Part shown: piece by piece, positions 7,638-18,137 of the stretch | Numbering within the stretch: position 1 is the stretch's first letter | How the letters are laid out: every line of letters begins with the position of its first letter | Made by a program: the position numbers and the translations under genes | Assembly: GCA_045588915.1 (NCBI GenBank) | Contig: JAZNFA010000007.1 | Span: forward strand, 1,851 to 65,850 | Direction of reading: 5' to 3' | Source of the DNA: Clostridia bacterium | Lineage (GTDB): Bacteria; Bacillota; Clostridia; Christensenellales; UBA1242 | Length of the DNA stretch: 64,000 bases | The notes under the pieces: model-generated | The model's input: the letters and a program-made list of their open reading frames with translations, nothing else | Told to the model about the DNA's origin: nothing | The model's database searches: none

Positions 7638-10600
7638 ATGGGGAAACAACACACGAAAACATGGCTTTTGCGAATGAGTGTCTCTATGGTGCTGATGGTT
7701 TTTTGTTGTTTGATGATGTTTACAGGTTTTTGCTTATTAAATAATTCTTATGTTAATGAATCAAAAGTTGGAAATCTTACTCTATTAGCTGATATAAATT
7801 CTGATATTAATTGGGTTGATATTCGTTCAAGTGGTTTTTTGAGTACGATTGGTGGAACAACTCACTATATTAGTTCGGCAGGGGAGTTAGCTTATTTTAA
7901 CTACGAATTAACAAACTCTGGTAATAGTAATAATGCCGTTGATTATAGTGGTCATACTTTTATTTTGGAAAATGATATTAAGTTAGATGAGATATATACG
8001 AAAGAACATAATAAATATATTACTCCCTTATGGACACCGATAGAAATTGGTAACAAGGGAAAAAATAGGAATATTATTTTTAATGGGAATGGCCATTCAA
8101 TTATTGGTTTAACAATGAAATACGACGACGATGTTGCTCGTAATGTGGGTTTCTTTGCAGAAATGGTAGGTGGGGTTTTTGAGAATGTCGTATTTAAAGA
8201 CACGAAAATTATTTATAATTATCATGCAGATAGTATTGCGGCAAATGATCCTTTACGTCCTGATGCTCCAGTTGAATTGTCCATTGGCGTAATTGCTGGG
8301 GCGGCTGATACCACTTATATCAATAATGTAACTATTGAAAATCCTAGCGTGATATTATCAACGGAAAATACTAATGGGCATAATTTTTATTTAGGTGCAG
8401 CTGTTGGTAAGCTATTATTTAGTTCTGGTTTTGTAGATGATGGTGAAGGTGGCGAAAAAATTCAATCTATAAACACTATTACTCCCAATAAATGGGGTAT
8501 TGATACGGTAAATGTTTTAAAGACCGATGATCCTGAAGAGTCTTCTGGAATTAACTTGGAAATTCGTGCAGGAACGGATGGTGTTACTTATGGATTAGGC
8601 ACCAATGTTTACTTTGGTGGTTTGGTTGGTGTTAATATCTCAAGTAAAATTATTAATTCCACATTGCGTGATGTGGCTTTTAATACTAATTTCGAGCTTA
8701 AAGATGATGAATTACTTGATGGTATGTTTTATGTAGGTGGTTTAGTCGGTTTAAATACTCAAATAACAACTAATAAAGATTTAATTGTTGCTGCAGGATT
8801 ATACAATAACTTAATAATTGATATTCAACTTTGCGATATTCTTCCTTTTACAAATAACAATTATTGTGGGCAACTGGTTGGTCTAGTTTATTCTGGTGGC
8901 TGGGTTTACAATAATATTGTTATTGGCGAAATGCCATATGAAAATTTTTGGGGTCGTGTTTGTAATTCAAAAATACGTTTAATTGATAATCATAATTGTA
9001 TTGCTAATATTGTAGGAAGTATTGATGAAAATTATTATTTGAACGGCCATAATGCAAGTTATCCAAATTGTGGTTTTGGACGTGATATTAATGATTCGGA
9101 TGAATTTGATAATTTGGATGAATTTTTATATTGTACTAAGCACAATACACGAAGTGTATATTTAATTGACACGCAGGATGATACTGGTACGGTAACAAAA
9201 ATGGAGAAGTATAATTTTTATTTTGAATCTACAAGTGATTCTAGTTATGCTAAATTTTGTAATTTGAGAGTTACGGTTATTGATGAAAACAATTATGAAC
9301 GTGTTTTAGATGCTTTTCAATTATTAAGTTATTTTGATCAAACTGAAGGTTATATGTATCATGCAATTTTGCCAATTGTGAAATATGAAGTAGGATTAAC
9401 TGTTAATAAATTCAATCCTGAAACAGGTGAAGATGCAACTTTAAAAGAAAAAAGAATTGATGCAATTTATCAGTTTAGAACATGGAAGTTGGACGAAGTA
9501 AAAAACGAACCTGTTTTAAGTGATTATACTGGATTAAATTATACAGTGTGTTTTTCGGCAAATTCTCCGAAGAATTCAAATGCTTATTGGGTTGTTGATA
9601 ATGAAGGATACGAAGAGAGAATATCTGAAATCAATACAGGTCGTACATATCAATTGATTTATAGGCCAGAAGATCCTCAATGTGATGGTTATGAATTTTT
9701 AGGTTGGACTGTTGATGGTTTAGAAGAAGGTGATGCAGAATGGCTTGATATGCGTAATCATGGTTTGTTTGATGACGATGGTTATTACATATTTGCGAAA
9801 GAGCAAATTCTTAGCCCAAATCGTCGTTTCTTGGCAAACTGGAAAATTAAAGAATTTACCGTTCATTTTGTGGTTAGAGAGAGAGGTCAAGTTGATATTG
9901 AGTATACAGAGTATCCAACTGAGATAGTTACTTATGGTAGACCTATTATTGGTCCTGCGGAGTTGCCTAAATCTAAGCAGGGGTATTCATGTGTTGGATG
10001 GTTCTTGGAAGAAAATTTACCGAATGAGGGTGAAGATGCTAACTCTGAAATGCAGTGGATTATGGGCTTTGCTAGTGATGATTTAATGCCTGGACGTGAT
10101 ATTACATTGTATACTGGTTGGATTGATAATTTTTCTATGTTGAATAGTTTAATATATGATACAAAATATCAACAGTATTATCAGAATTATGAATATTATT
10201 TTGAAGACGTTTTAGGTTTGGCTTTCTATAATGCTTATTCTCAAGCATTAGAATACAGGGCAAATAATGATAACAGTAATACGGATGAAGTTTTAGGTAA
10301 TTTGCAAAATGCTTTTAAGAATTTAAAAATTGATCCCAAAAAGCTTTTAGCTTTACCTGCTTTTAATGATTCACGTATGGAAAATGCTTGTCCGTTTTTG
10401 TACGACTATGAAGCACGTATGATGTATAGTACTTTTAAAGACACGGTGCAAAGGTATGTTGAATCTGATGAAACTGATGATACTAATATTGAAGCTTATA
10501 TTAAAAATTATGACCGTTTAAACGAGTTGTTTTATAATCTTCAAAATAATTTAAACCAAAGTGTTGCAATGGTTGGTGGTGTAGGTTCTTCTGAAGTACA

Positions 10601-11048
10601 AAATTTAATTAAAAAATATTACGAATTACAAATTCAAGATAATGCATTAGTTAAGGAAAAATATGATAGTAATTCTTTGGCACTCTTAGATGAAACTAGA
10701 ATCAAATTAGATGAATTATGGATGAGTGAAGCTAGCAACCCCAATATAAAAGATGTAGAATTAGCAATGGTTGCTTATGAAAATGCGCTTAAAAATTTGA
10801 AACCTGCTGGAGCGACTAATTCGGGTAATGCTGTGCAAGATAAGGTTGAAAATAGTAATCAAGCTCCACAATTACCAATTTCACCGGTTGTGCTTGGCGT
10901 TTTAGTTGTTATGTTGTTGTTAGCTGGTGTCGGTGGATATATTGGTGTAGATGTTATATTGGCAAAGCGCCGTGTTGCTAAAAACGAGATAAAGACTGCT
11001 GAAAAACAAGTTGAACAATTTTTGGAAGATGAAGATACTTATATTTAA
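7638..11048 (+). CDS. Large surface/secreted protein: N-terminal signal/TM, GLUG-like beta region, InlB-B-like repeats, helical region, C-terminal TM anchor
   Basis: Hydrophobic N-terminus; GGLVG-type repeats; P..DGYEFLGW and K.GYSCVGW motifs; C-terminal hydrophobic helix followed by KRR and an acidic tail. Confidence 0.7.
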   Translation: MGKQHTKTWLLRMSVSMVLMVFCCLMMFTGFCLLNNSYVNESKVGNLTLLADINSDINWVDIRSSGFLSTIGGTTHYISSAGELAYFNYELTNSGNSNNAVDYSGHTFILENDIKLDEIYTKEHNKYITPLWTPIEIGNKGKNRNIIFNGNGHSIIGLTMKYDDDVARNVGFFAEMVGGVFENVVFKDTKIIYNYHADSIAANDPLRPDAPVELSIGVIAGAADTTYINNVTIENPSVILSTENTNGHNFYLGAAVGKLLFSSGFVDDGEGGEKIQSINTITPNKWGIDTVNVLKTDDPEESSGINLEIRAGTDGVTYGLGTNVYFGGLVGVNISSKIINSTLRDVAFNTNFELKDDELLDGMFYVGGLVGLNTQITTNKDLIVAAGLYNNLIIDIQLCDILPFTNNNYCGQLVGLVYSGGWVYNNIVIGEMPYENFWGRVCNSKIRLIDNHNCIANIVGSIDENYYLNGHNASYPNCGFGRDINDSDEFDNLDEFLYCTKHNTRSVYLIDTQDDTGTVTKMEKYNFYFESTSDSSYAKFCNLRVTVIDENNYERVLDAFQLLSYFDQTEGYMYHAILPIVKYEVGLTVNKFNPETGEDATLKEKRIDAIYQFRTWKLDEVKNEPVLSDYTGLNYTVCFSANSPKNSNAYWVVDNEGYEERISEINTGRTYQLIYRPEDPQCDGYEFLGWTVDGLEEGDAEWLDMRNHGLFDDDGYYIFAKEQILSPNRRFLANWKIKEFTVHFVVRERGQVDIEYTEYPTEIVTYGRPIIGPAELPKSKQGYSCVGWFLEENLPNEGEDANSEMQWIMGFASDDLMPGRDITLYTGWIDNFSMLNSLIYDTKYQQYYQNYEYYFEDVLGLAFYNAYSQALEYRANNDNSNTDEVLGNLQNAFKNLKIDPKKLLALPAFNDSRMENACPFLYDYEARMMYSTFKDTVQRYVESDETDDTNIEAYIKNYDRLNELFYNLQNNLNQSVAMVGGVGSSEVQNLIKKYYELQIQDNALVKEKYDSNSLALLDETRIKLDELWMSEASNPNIKDVELAMVAYENALKNLKPAGATNSGNAVQDKVENSNQAPQLPISPVVLGVLVVMLLLAGVGGYIGVDVILAKRRVAKNEIKTAEKQVEQFLEDEDTYI

Positions 11049-11091
11049 AATAACATCTCTTATTTTGGTTGATTCTTTTGAAAAAATGTGC

Positions 11092-11120
11092 TTTACAAAA
11101 TTAGATTAATGTTGTAATAT
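11092..11120 (+). promoter_or_regulatory. SigA promoter of the infA-rplQ operon
   Basis: TTTACA-17nt-TAATAT; GGAGG RBS before the TTG start. Confidence 0.55.
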
Positions 11121-11159
11121 TAAGTTTATTGTGGATTTATTTGCAGGGAGGGGTGTTTT

Positions 11160-11408
11160 TTGAGTAAAGTCGATGCGATTGAGGTCGAAGGCAGTGTTAT
11201 CGAAGTAATGCGCAATGCAAAATTTAAGGTAAAATTGTCAAATGGTCATATTATTATGGCTTACTTATCAGGAAAACTTTACAAGAATAACATCAAAGTC
11301 CTTGAAGGTGATATGGTTAAGTTAGAGATTTCACCATATGACTTGAACAATGGACGTATTACCTGGCGTAGTAAATCTGTAATTGATAACGGAGGAAATG
11401 GACAATGA
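11160..11408 (+). CDS. infA: Translation initiation factor IF-1
   Basis: [33 protein letters not shown]. Confidence 0.96.
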   Translation: MSKVDAIEVEGSVIEVMRNAKFKVKLSNGHIIMAYLSGKLYKNNIKVLEGDMVKLEISPYDLNNGRITWRSKSVIDNGGNGQ

Positions 11409-11539
11409 AAGTGAGAAGTGGAGTAAAGCCAATTTGCAATAAATGCAAGGTTATTAAACGTGAAGGTACCGTTATGGTTATTTGTGAAAATCCGAAACAC
11501 AAACAACGCCAACCGCGTCCGTGTAAATCACCGCGTTAA
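11405..11539 (+). CDS. rpmJ: 50S ribosomal protein L36 (44 aa, C-terminal extension)
   Basis: [44 protein letters not shown]; ATGA overlap with infA. Not in the ORF track. Confidence 0.95.
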   Translation: MKVRSGVKPICNKCKVIKREGTVMVICENPKHKQRQPRPCKSPR

Positions 11540-11613
11540 GGCAAATTCTCGTGCATCCCGCGCGGCAATTATGGGGTGTGCGTTTTATAGATAAATAAAA
11601 AAAGGAGAAAATA

Positions 11614-11985
11614 ATGGCAAGAATTAGTGGTGTGGATATACCAAAGGATAAATGTATTAAATATGCTTTGACGTATATCTATGGCATTGGTGAAAAAACG
11701 GCAGATAAAATTTGTGCAGAATGTGAGGTTGATCCTACTATTCGTACAAAGGATGTGTCAGAAGCAAAAATTAATGAAATTAGAACGTATATTGATAAAA
11801 ATATCAAGACGGAAGGTGACTTACGTCGTGAAATTTCTTTAGATATTAAACGTTTAACTGAAATCGGTTGTTATCGTGGTATTCGTCACCGTAAAGGTTT
11901 ACCTGTTCGTGGTCAATCTACGAAACAAAATGCACGTACACGTAAGGGTCCTAAGAAAATGGTTATCAGGACCAAGTCAGCATAA
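11614..11985 (+). CDS. rpsM: 30S ribosomal protein S13
   Basis: [32 protein letters not shown]. Confidence 0.98.
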   Translation: MARISGVDIPKDKCIKYALTYIYGIGEKTADKICAECEVDPTIRTKDVSEAKINEIRTYIDKNIKTEGDLRREISLDIKRLTEIGCYRGIRHRKGLPVRGQSTKQNARTRKGPKKMVIRTKSA

Positions 11986-12003
11986 GGATTTAGGAGGAAA
12001 TAA

Positions 12004-12420
12004 ATGGCAGAAGCAAAATCAAATGCACCTATGAAAAAAAAGCCAGTTACTAAGCGTAAACATAAGAAAACGTTAAACGCTAAGGGTAAGGCTTATATTA
12101 ATGCATCATTCAATAATACGATTGTTACTTTAACTGACGACCAAGGCAATGTTATTAACTGGGCAAGTGCTGGTGTTGCAGGTTTTAAAGGTAGTCGTAA
12201 ATCAACACCTTTTGCAGCTCAAACTACTGCTGAAAAAGCAGCTGCAACTGCAAAAGAGATGGGTTTATTAAAAGTCGATGTTTTTGTAAAAGGACCTGGT
12301 GCTGGTCGTGAAAACGCAATTCGTGCACTTAATCAAGCAGGTTTAGAAGTGTTGTCGATTACCGATACTTCACCAGTTGCGCACAACGGTTGTCGACCAC
12401 CTAAGAGGAGGAGAAAATAA
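12004..12420 (+). CDS. rpsK: 30S ribosomal protein S11
   Basis: [31 protein letters not shown]. Confidence 0.98.
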   Translation: MAEAKSNAPMKKKPVTKRKHKKTLNAKGKAYINASFNNTIVTLTDDQGNVINWASAGVAGFKGSRKSTPFAAQTTAEKAAATAKEMGLLKVDVFVKGPGAGRENAIRALNQAGLEVLSITDTSPVAHNGCRPPKRRRK

Positions 12421-12422
12421 TT

Positions 12423-13043
12423 ATGGCAAAATATACTGGACCAGATTGTCGTCTTTGTCGTCGTGAAGGTTGTAAATTATTCTTAAAAGGCGAACGTTGT
12501 TTATCAGCAAAATGTGCAATGGAAAAACGTCCTGTTGTGCCTGGACAACACGGATTAGCACGTAAAAAGGAAAAGGAGTATGGTACTCAGTTGCGTGAAA
12601 AACAAAAAGTTAAACGCGCATATGGATTGCAAGAAAAACAATTCCACGCTTTATATGAAAAAGCTACAAATAGTAAAGGGCGTACTGGTGACAATTTATT
12701 GTCTTACTTAGAACGTCGTTTAGATAACGTTGTTTATCGTATGGGAATTGCTGACAGTCGTAGTGAAGCTCGTCAATTGGTTTCACATGGACATATTACA
12801 GTAAATAACCATTCAGTAAATATTCCATCTTATTTGGTTGAAAAAGGCGATATTATTGCAATTAAAGAAACCAAAAAAGATTTAGAAATCTTTAAAGTAT
12901 TAAAAGACCAAAAAATCAGTTTACCAAAATGGTTGGAATTTTCGGGGGCGAAATTATCAGGTAAAATTTTAGAATTACCAACACGTGAAGATATTGATTT
13001 GAACATTCAAGAAAACTTAATTATTGAGCTGTATTCTAAATAA
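12423..13043 (+). CDS. rpsD: 30S ribosomal protein S4
   Basis: CRLCRREG, QLREKQK, LERRLDNVVYR, IIELYSK. Confidence 0.98.
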   Translation: MAKYTGPDCRLCRREGCKLFLKGERCLSAKCAMEKRPVVPGQHGLARKKEKEYGTQLREKQKVKRAYGLQEKQFHALYEKATNSKGRTGDNLLSYLERRLDNVVYRMGIADSRSEARQLVSHGHITVNNHSVNIPSYLVEKGDIIAIKETKKDLEIFKVLKDQKISLPKWLEFSGAKLSGKILELPTREDIDLNIQENLIIELYSK

Positions 13044-13071
13044 AATGTAATTTGAAAGGGAGAAAATTATT

Positions 13072-14040
13072 ATGCTAAAAATGGAATTAATGAAACCGAA
13101 AATTACGGTTAACGAAAGTACCGGAGCAAAAAGTGCGCACTTTATTATTGAACCTTTGGAACGTGGTTACGGAACAACATTAGGAAATATGATTCGTCGT
13201 GTTTCATTAGGAAACTTGCCAGGTACTGCGGTTACTGCTATTCGTATTAACGGCGTTAATAATGAGTTTTCAACGGTAAAAGGTGTAGTTGAAGATGTAA
13301 CTGATATTGTTTTGAATGTTAAGAGCTTAATTTTAAAGGCTTTAACTGATGATTTAAGTTATACAACTACAATGCGTATCAATAAAAAAACTGCTGGTCC
13401 AATTTATGCAAAAGATATTGAACACGATAGTTTGATTGAAATTTGTAATCCGGATTTGGTAATTGCTACATTAGATAGTAATACTGAATTCAAAATGGAA
13501 TTGTCGGTTGCTCGTGGTCGTGGTTACGTTGTTGCTAAGGATCAAAAAGGCGCTCACGATAGTATCGGATATATTGCAGTTGATAGTCTTTATAGTCCTG
13601 TTGTTAAATGCAATTATTTCGTAGAACCAAGCCGTGTTGGTGGTGATATGAACTATGATAAATTAACTGTTGAATTAACCACTAATGGCAGTGTTGAAGC
13701 TAAAGAAGTTGTTGCTTTAGCAGCTAAATTAATTCAAGACCATTTAACTTTATTTATTAACATGGTTGAAAGTATGGCTGGTCATAATACTTTCGTAGAA
13801 AGTAAAGAAGAAACAGTCGAAAAGATTTTTGAAACTAGTATCGAAGATATGGAACTTTCACCACGTAGTGCAAACTGCTTGAATCGTGCTAATATTAAAA
13901 CTATTCGCGATTTGACAAGTAAATCAAGAGAAGATATGTTGCGCGTACGTAATTTAGGTTCCAAGAGTCTTGATGAAATTATTTCTAAATTGGCAAGTCT
14001 TGGCTTGTCATTGCGATCAGAAGAGGAGGGGAACTTTTAA
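13072..14040 (+). CDS. rpoA: RNA polymerase alpha subunit
   Basis: EPLERGYGTTLGN, GVVEDV, ELSPRSANCL, RNLGSKSL. Confidence 0.98.
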   Translation: MLKMELMKPKITVNESTGAKSAHFIIEPLERGYGTTLGNMIRRVSLGNLPGTAVTAIRINGVNNEFSTVKGVVEDVTDIVLNVKSLILKALTDDLSYTTTMRINKKTAGPIYAKDIEHDSLIEICNPDLVIATLDSNTEFKMELSVARGRGYVVAKDQKGAHDSIGYIAVDSLYSPVVKCNYFVEPSRVGGDMNYDKLTVELTTNGSVEAKEVVALAAKLIQDHLTLFINMVESMAGHNTFVESKEETVEKIFETSIEDMELSPRSANCLNRANIKTIRDLTSKSREDMLRVRNLGSKSLDEIISKLASLGLSLRSEEEGNF

Positions 14041-14549
14041 TGAAACCAGCAAAATTAGGACGCGAAACTTCGCAACATATGGCAATTTTGCGTAATCAAG
14101 TCTCGACTTTGTTTTGGACGGGACGTGTTTCAACAACTTATGCACGTGCAAAGGCAACAGGAGCTTTGGCTGAAAAATATTTAACTTTAGCTATTAACTC
14201 TTATGCTGATACTGTAACTGTTGAAAAAGAATTTACTGATAAAAAAGGTGTAAAGAGTAAACGTAAAGTTTTAATTGACGGACCAAAAAAATTGGCTGCA
14301 CGTCGTAAACTTATGGCATCACTTTATGACTTTCAAGAAATTCGCAGTAAAGACGAAAGCAAAAAAAGTTTTGAAAAACGTACACAACATATCAATCACC
14401 CAATTATTGAAAAAATCTTTAATGAATTAGCACCTAAGTATGCTAAACGTATTAAAGAAACTGGAACTGCTGGTGGTTATACACGTGTTTTAAAAACTGG
14501 CATTCGTAAAGGTGATGATGCGATGACTGCAATTGTTGAATTAGTTTAA
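14040..14549 (+). CDS. rplQ: 50S ribosomal protein L17 (with internal insertions)
   Basis: KLGR...H.AILRN, GGYTRVLK.G.RKGD.A..AIVELV; position after rpoA. Confidence 0.95.
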   Translation: MKPAKLGRETSQHMAILRNQVSTLFWTGRVSTTYARAKATGALAEKYLTLAINSYADTVTVEKEFTDKKGVKSKRKVLIDGPKKLAARRKLMASLYDFQEIRSKDESKKSFEKRTQHINHPIIEKIFNELAPKYAKRIKETGTAGGYTRVLKTGIRKGDDAMTAIVELV

Positions 14550-14800
14550 CAAACTTCTTCAATTTGTACGTCACCACAAAGTACGTCATTGTATGAATAC
14601 GAAAGGCATGGAATTCGTTCTGTGTCTTTTTTATTTGTCTTTAAGCGAACAATAAAGACACTTGGGAAAGTATTTTCAATTATGCCTGCATATTTTGATA
14701 TTCGTTTGCGTCCTCGGCAGACGGACATACTGATATTCTTACCTAACATAGAATGTATTTTTGCTTTGATTGCTTCGATTGATTGAGATTTTTTGCGCAT
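14546..14800 (-). CDS. veg: Veg family protein
   Basis: GRKR...GIIENTFPSVFIV, SYSYNDVL motif. Start set at ATG 14800. Confidence 0.85.
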   Translation of the reverse strand: MRKKSQSIEAIKAKIHSMLGKNISMSVCRGRKRISKYAGIIENTFPSVFIVRLKTNKKDTERIPCLSYSYNDVLCGDVQIEEVC

Positions 14801-14845
14801 ACTTTGATTATTTACCAAATATACTTTTATTATAGGGGGAATATT

Positions 14846-16366
14846 ATGGAAGTTTTGATGGAAAACTTAGTTCAACAAAGTTTGGTTACTTTAGATAATG
14901 TACAATTAAAAATTGAGCAAAAAAATAGTCTACCAGCTAATGCTAAAAAAATTATTGGAGTAACTTGCCAATTGCAAAATCAAAACACCAGTATAGATAA
15001 TAGTGAAGTAATTTTGACAGGTAACATTGTTACTCGTGTTGTGTTTGTTAATGAATTTGATAAATATGATAGTGAAGACGTAATGGAAACTTTTGAAAAA
15101 AAAATTACTGTAAAAAATTATGATGGAATTACTAAAATTTACATCAATGCAGAGTTAATAAACAGTAATTGGCATTTGGCCGAAGATAAAATTATTACGG
15201 AAAATATTATGTCGGCACATGTACAAGGTGTAAGAGCATATGACCTTCAAATAGTTAGTAATTTAACTGGTGATGTTGAAGTTCAAAAAATTGAAAAGCA
15301 GGTTTTGAGCTTTAATTCAAAGATAAATGAGAAATTTGAAGTTACAGAAAATATTCAGCTTGATGCAACGTGTGAAGGCGTATTAGGAGTAGATGTAAAT
15401 CCTAACTTAAAAGATGTATCAATCGAAAATAATAAAGTTTTAATCAAAGGAACAATAAATGTAAATGTTTTAGGTTTGAAAACAACTGATAATACAAGTG
15501 CTCCTTATAATTTTATCCATGAGATTGATTTTGCAAAAAGTATTACGGTTAATGGTATTGCAAGCGAAGATTTAGCTTCTGGAAATTTAATTATCGACAA
15601 TGTTCAAATGCGTATTGAAAATAATCAAAAAGGTGCTGTTCTTGCATTAACTTTGAATGTAAGATTTAATGGTGATGTTTATTGTAATCATAATTTTAAT
15701 ATGGTTACAGATGCGATTTCTTTTGATAAAGAACTAATGTTTAAAACAACACATCTAAATTACAACGAAATTTTATCCCAAATAAACACATCCATTGATA
15801 TTGAAAACAATATAAATTTATCTCCTAGCAGTCCTTATATTTCACGTGTTGTTGCCGTGGATGGCGCAAAAATTAATGATTTACACGTTACTACTTCGGA
15901 TAGTAAAGTTATCTTAGAAGGTATTTTAGTGGTTAATTTATTGCTTGAAAATGAAGACCATTTGATTACTGGCGAACGTTATGAAGTACCTTTTCAAACT
16001 TATGTGCGTATTGATACTTTGGATAGGGATTATTTTACAACAGCATCTGTTGTTCCGTTAGTTGTGAATATTAAAGCTCGCCGTGGTACAGAATTGTTGG
16101 TTGATGCAAAGCTTGGTGTTTGTGTACAGGCAAGTGTGAAAAAGACGATTGAGGTTGTTAGCAGTTTAGAAGAAGGACAACCCAAGGTTGATGATGGTAG
16201 CGCAATTAGAATTTATATTATAGGCGAAAAAGAAAACTTATGGGATTTGGCCAAACGCACAAATCTAAGTTGTGCATCTTTGTTGCAACAAAATCCTAAT
16301 TTAGAAAATGGTTGTACTCCAGGTGAACGCATTGTTGTTTATCGACACGAAAATGTCAGCTTATAA
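14846..16366 (+). CDS. SPOCS (DUF3794) repeat + C-terminal LysM spore coat assembly protein (SipL-like)
   Basis: Repeated beta-rich units (KVLIKG, KVILEG) and C-terminal IYII...ENLWDLAKR...L..QNP LysM; next to veg; AGGGGG RBS. Confidence 0.75.
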   Translation: MEVLMENLVQQSLVTLDNVQLKIEQKNSLPANAKKIIGVTCQLQNQNTSIDNSEVILTGNIVTRVVFVNEFDKYDSEDVMETFEKKITVKNYDGITKIYINAELINSNWHLAEDKIITENIMSAHVQGVRAYDLQIVSNLTGDVEVQKIEKQVLSFNSKINEKFEVTENIQLDATCEGVLGVDVNPNLKDVSIENNKVLIKGTINVNVLGLKTTDNTSAPYNFIHEIDFAKSITVNGIASEDLASGNLIIDNVQMRIENNQKGAVLALTLNVRFNGDVYCNHNFNMVTDAISFDKELMFKTTHLNYNEILSQINTSIDIENNINLSPSSPYISRVVAVDGAKINDLHVTTSDSKVILEGILVVNLLLENEDHLITGERYEVPFQTYVRIDTLDRDYFTTASVVPLVVNIKARRGTELLVDAKLGVCVQASVKKTIEVVSSLEEGQPKVDDGSAIRIYIIGEKENLWDLAKRTNLSCASLLQQNPNLENGCTPGERIVVYRHENVSL

Positions 16367-17998
16367 TTAAATTTTTAGCGTTAGTGCATTTGTGATGGCA
16401 CTTGCTGAGCTTATTAGTAGTGCAGAAGAAACAACCAAAGAATTGTAAGCAAAAGGAATTAAAAATCCGAGAAGTCCGGTCGTTATCGGTAGACATAGCA
16501 CGTTAAATATAGTCGACCAGAATAGCCCACGTTTGACATTGCGTTTAACGTTGCAGTCAATCGTTGTGGTTGTTGTTATGCTTCTGAATGGATTATCAGC
16601 GATAATAATATCGGCATTTGATAAATTGTTTTCATTATTGTTTAAAACACTAATGTCAGCTTTTTGGAAGGCAGGGGAATCGTTGTTTGTGTCAATGACA
16701 AGAATGCGATAACCTGCTTTTTTTAGTGCGTCTACGTATTGATTTTTTTCGGAAGAAGCGACATTGGTGACAATTTTATCAATACCCATTGCTGTGTATT
16801 TTGGGGTGTTAATGAGGTTTTCTTCAGTTAACATCACTGTACGAATTCCTTGCTTTTTGAGATTTTGAATTGCTTTAATTGTATCTTCGGGGATGATTTC
16901 TGTTAATGCAATTATACCTAAAAGTTTATCATTAGTAGCGCAAATCAGCGTTATTTTACCTTCTGCATGATATTTGTCTTCTAAAGCTTTTGCTTTATTG
17001 CGATCACCTTGGTGTAAATAAGGTGCAATAAATTTTGCGTCACCAATATAAATTGGGCGATTACCTATGCTTGCTTTTATACATTGTTCGGATGATTGCT
17101 GGAATCCTTCAATTTCTAAATAAACCGATGGGTTGTTGTATGCTTCAAGAATTGCAGTCGCAATCGGCGTATTGTTGTGTCGTTCGATGCTGGCATAAAA
17201 TTGTAAAAGATTTTTGGCAGTTAGGTTGCCTTGTAAAGGTTGTATGTTTGTTATTTTTATTTTAGTTGTAATTATTGTTTTATCAAAGATGACAAGGTTT
17301 ATTTTTTGTAGTTGTTCTAATGTATTTTGATTTTGAATGGTTATACCCATTGCTTTTGTTTTTTTATTTATTTTAATGATTGGTAGTGTGAGAATTAAGC
17401 CGAGGCAACAAGGATATGAAAGTAAAAAAACGCCGGTTCCAAAATTGAATGCGAATAGAAAGTTCTTACTGATAATCCACCATCCAATGATTGTAATTAT
17501 ACTAACAGCTGTTATTGTAAGATTAAAAATAAGACTTGCTTTTGCGATAAAACGATTTAGTTTTGGATAGCAAGTAAAATTATTTTTTTGTTGAATGTAA
17601 TTGTTCAGTGTGGTTAAAGTTATAAGTGTGGAAATTACTTCAAAATATAAAGTAGTAGTAACCGGGTAAATTGCCGATAAGCAAAGGCAAATAATTCCGT
17701 ATAAATAACCTAGTAATGAATAAAGAGAAATAAATAAGTCAGCATTTACAGTATGGGTTTTTAAAGATTTAAAGGCGCTAATAAAGATGTTGTAGTTAAC
17801 ACCTAAGATAACAGTTGTTATGATAAGGCTAGTGATTAAAAGAGAATATTGATGTTTTGTTTGTATTGTTATAAGTGTGAGAACCAATTGTGAGAAACAC
17901 AAAAGAGCAGATATGACGAGCAAAATAAGTTTGCTTTTTTGTTGCGAAGATTGTTTGCTAAGATATTTTTGTTGTGTGTGTTGATTGTTAGAGTACAT
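16367..17998 (-). CDS. Degenerate P1B (heavy-metal) ATPase-like protein lacking the actuator domain
   Basis: TM segments with YFE and YPCCLGL; FDKTII instead of DKTGT; TGD replaced by TEE; GDGxND replaced by IDTNND; no TGE loop. Confidence 0.7.
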   Translation of the reverse strand: MYSNNQHTQQKYLSKQSSQQKSKLILLVISALLCFSQLVLTLITIQTKHQYSLLITSLIITTVILGVNYNIFISAFKSLKTHTVNADLFISLYSLLGYLYGIICLCLSAIYPVTTTLYFEVISTLITLTTLNNYIQQKNNFTCYPKLNRFIAKASLIFNLTITAVSIITIIGWWIISKNFLFAFNFGTGVFLLSYPCCLGLILTLPIIKINKKTKAMGITIQNQNTLEQLQKINLVIFDKTIITTKIKITNIQPLQGNLTAKNLLQFYASIERHNNTPIATAILEAYNNPSVYLEIEGFQQSSEQCIKASIGNRPIYIGDAKFIAPYLHQGDRNKAKALEDKYHAEGKITLICATNDKLLGIIALTEIIPEDTIKAIQNLKKQGIRTVMLTEENLINTPKYTAMGIDKIVTNVASSEKNQYVDALKKAGYRILVIDTNNDSPAFQKADISVLNNNENNLSNADIIIADNPFRSITTTTTIDCNVKRNVKRGLFWSTIFNVLCLPITTGLLGFLIPFAYNSLVVSSALLISSASAITNALTLKI

Positions 17999-18059
17999 AA
18001 TTTGTTATAATACGTTATTTAGTTAGTGTAAAGTTTTTAGATAAAACTACCTTGTAATA

Positions 18060-18088
18060 TTGACAAATTAAGCCTTTTTTGATAATAT
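18060..18088 (+). promoter_or_regulatory. SigA promoter of the coiled-coil gene/ruvX operon
   Basis: TTGACA-17nt-TAATAT with upstream TG. Confidence 0.6.
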
Positions 18089-18137
18089 TGTAATTAATAT
18101 TTTGGGTAAAAATAAATAAAAATAATAAGGGGAAAAA

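Noticed and set aside
14040-14549. Insertions in L17
   Set aside because: Long L17 variants occur in other Clostridia; the core motifs are intact.
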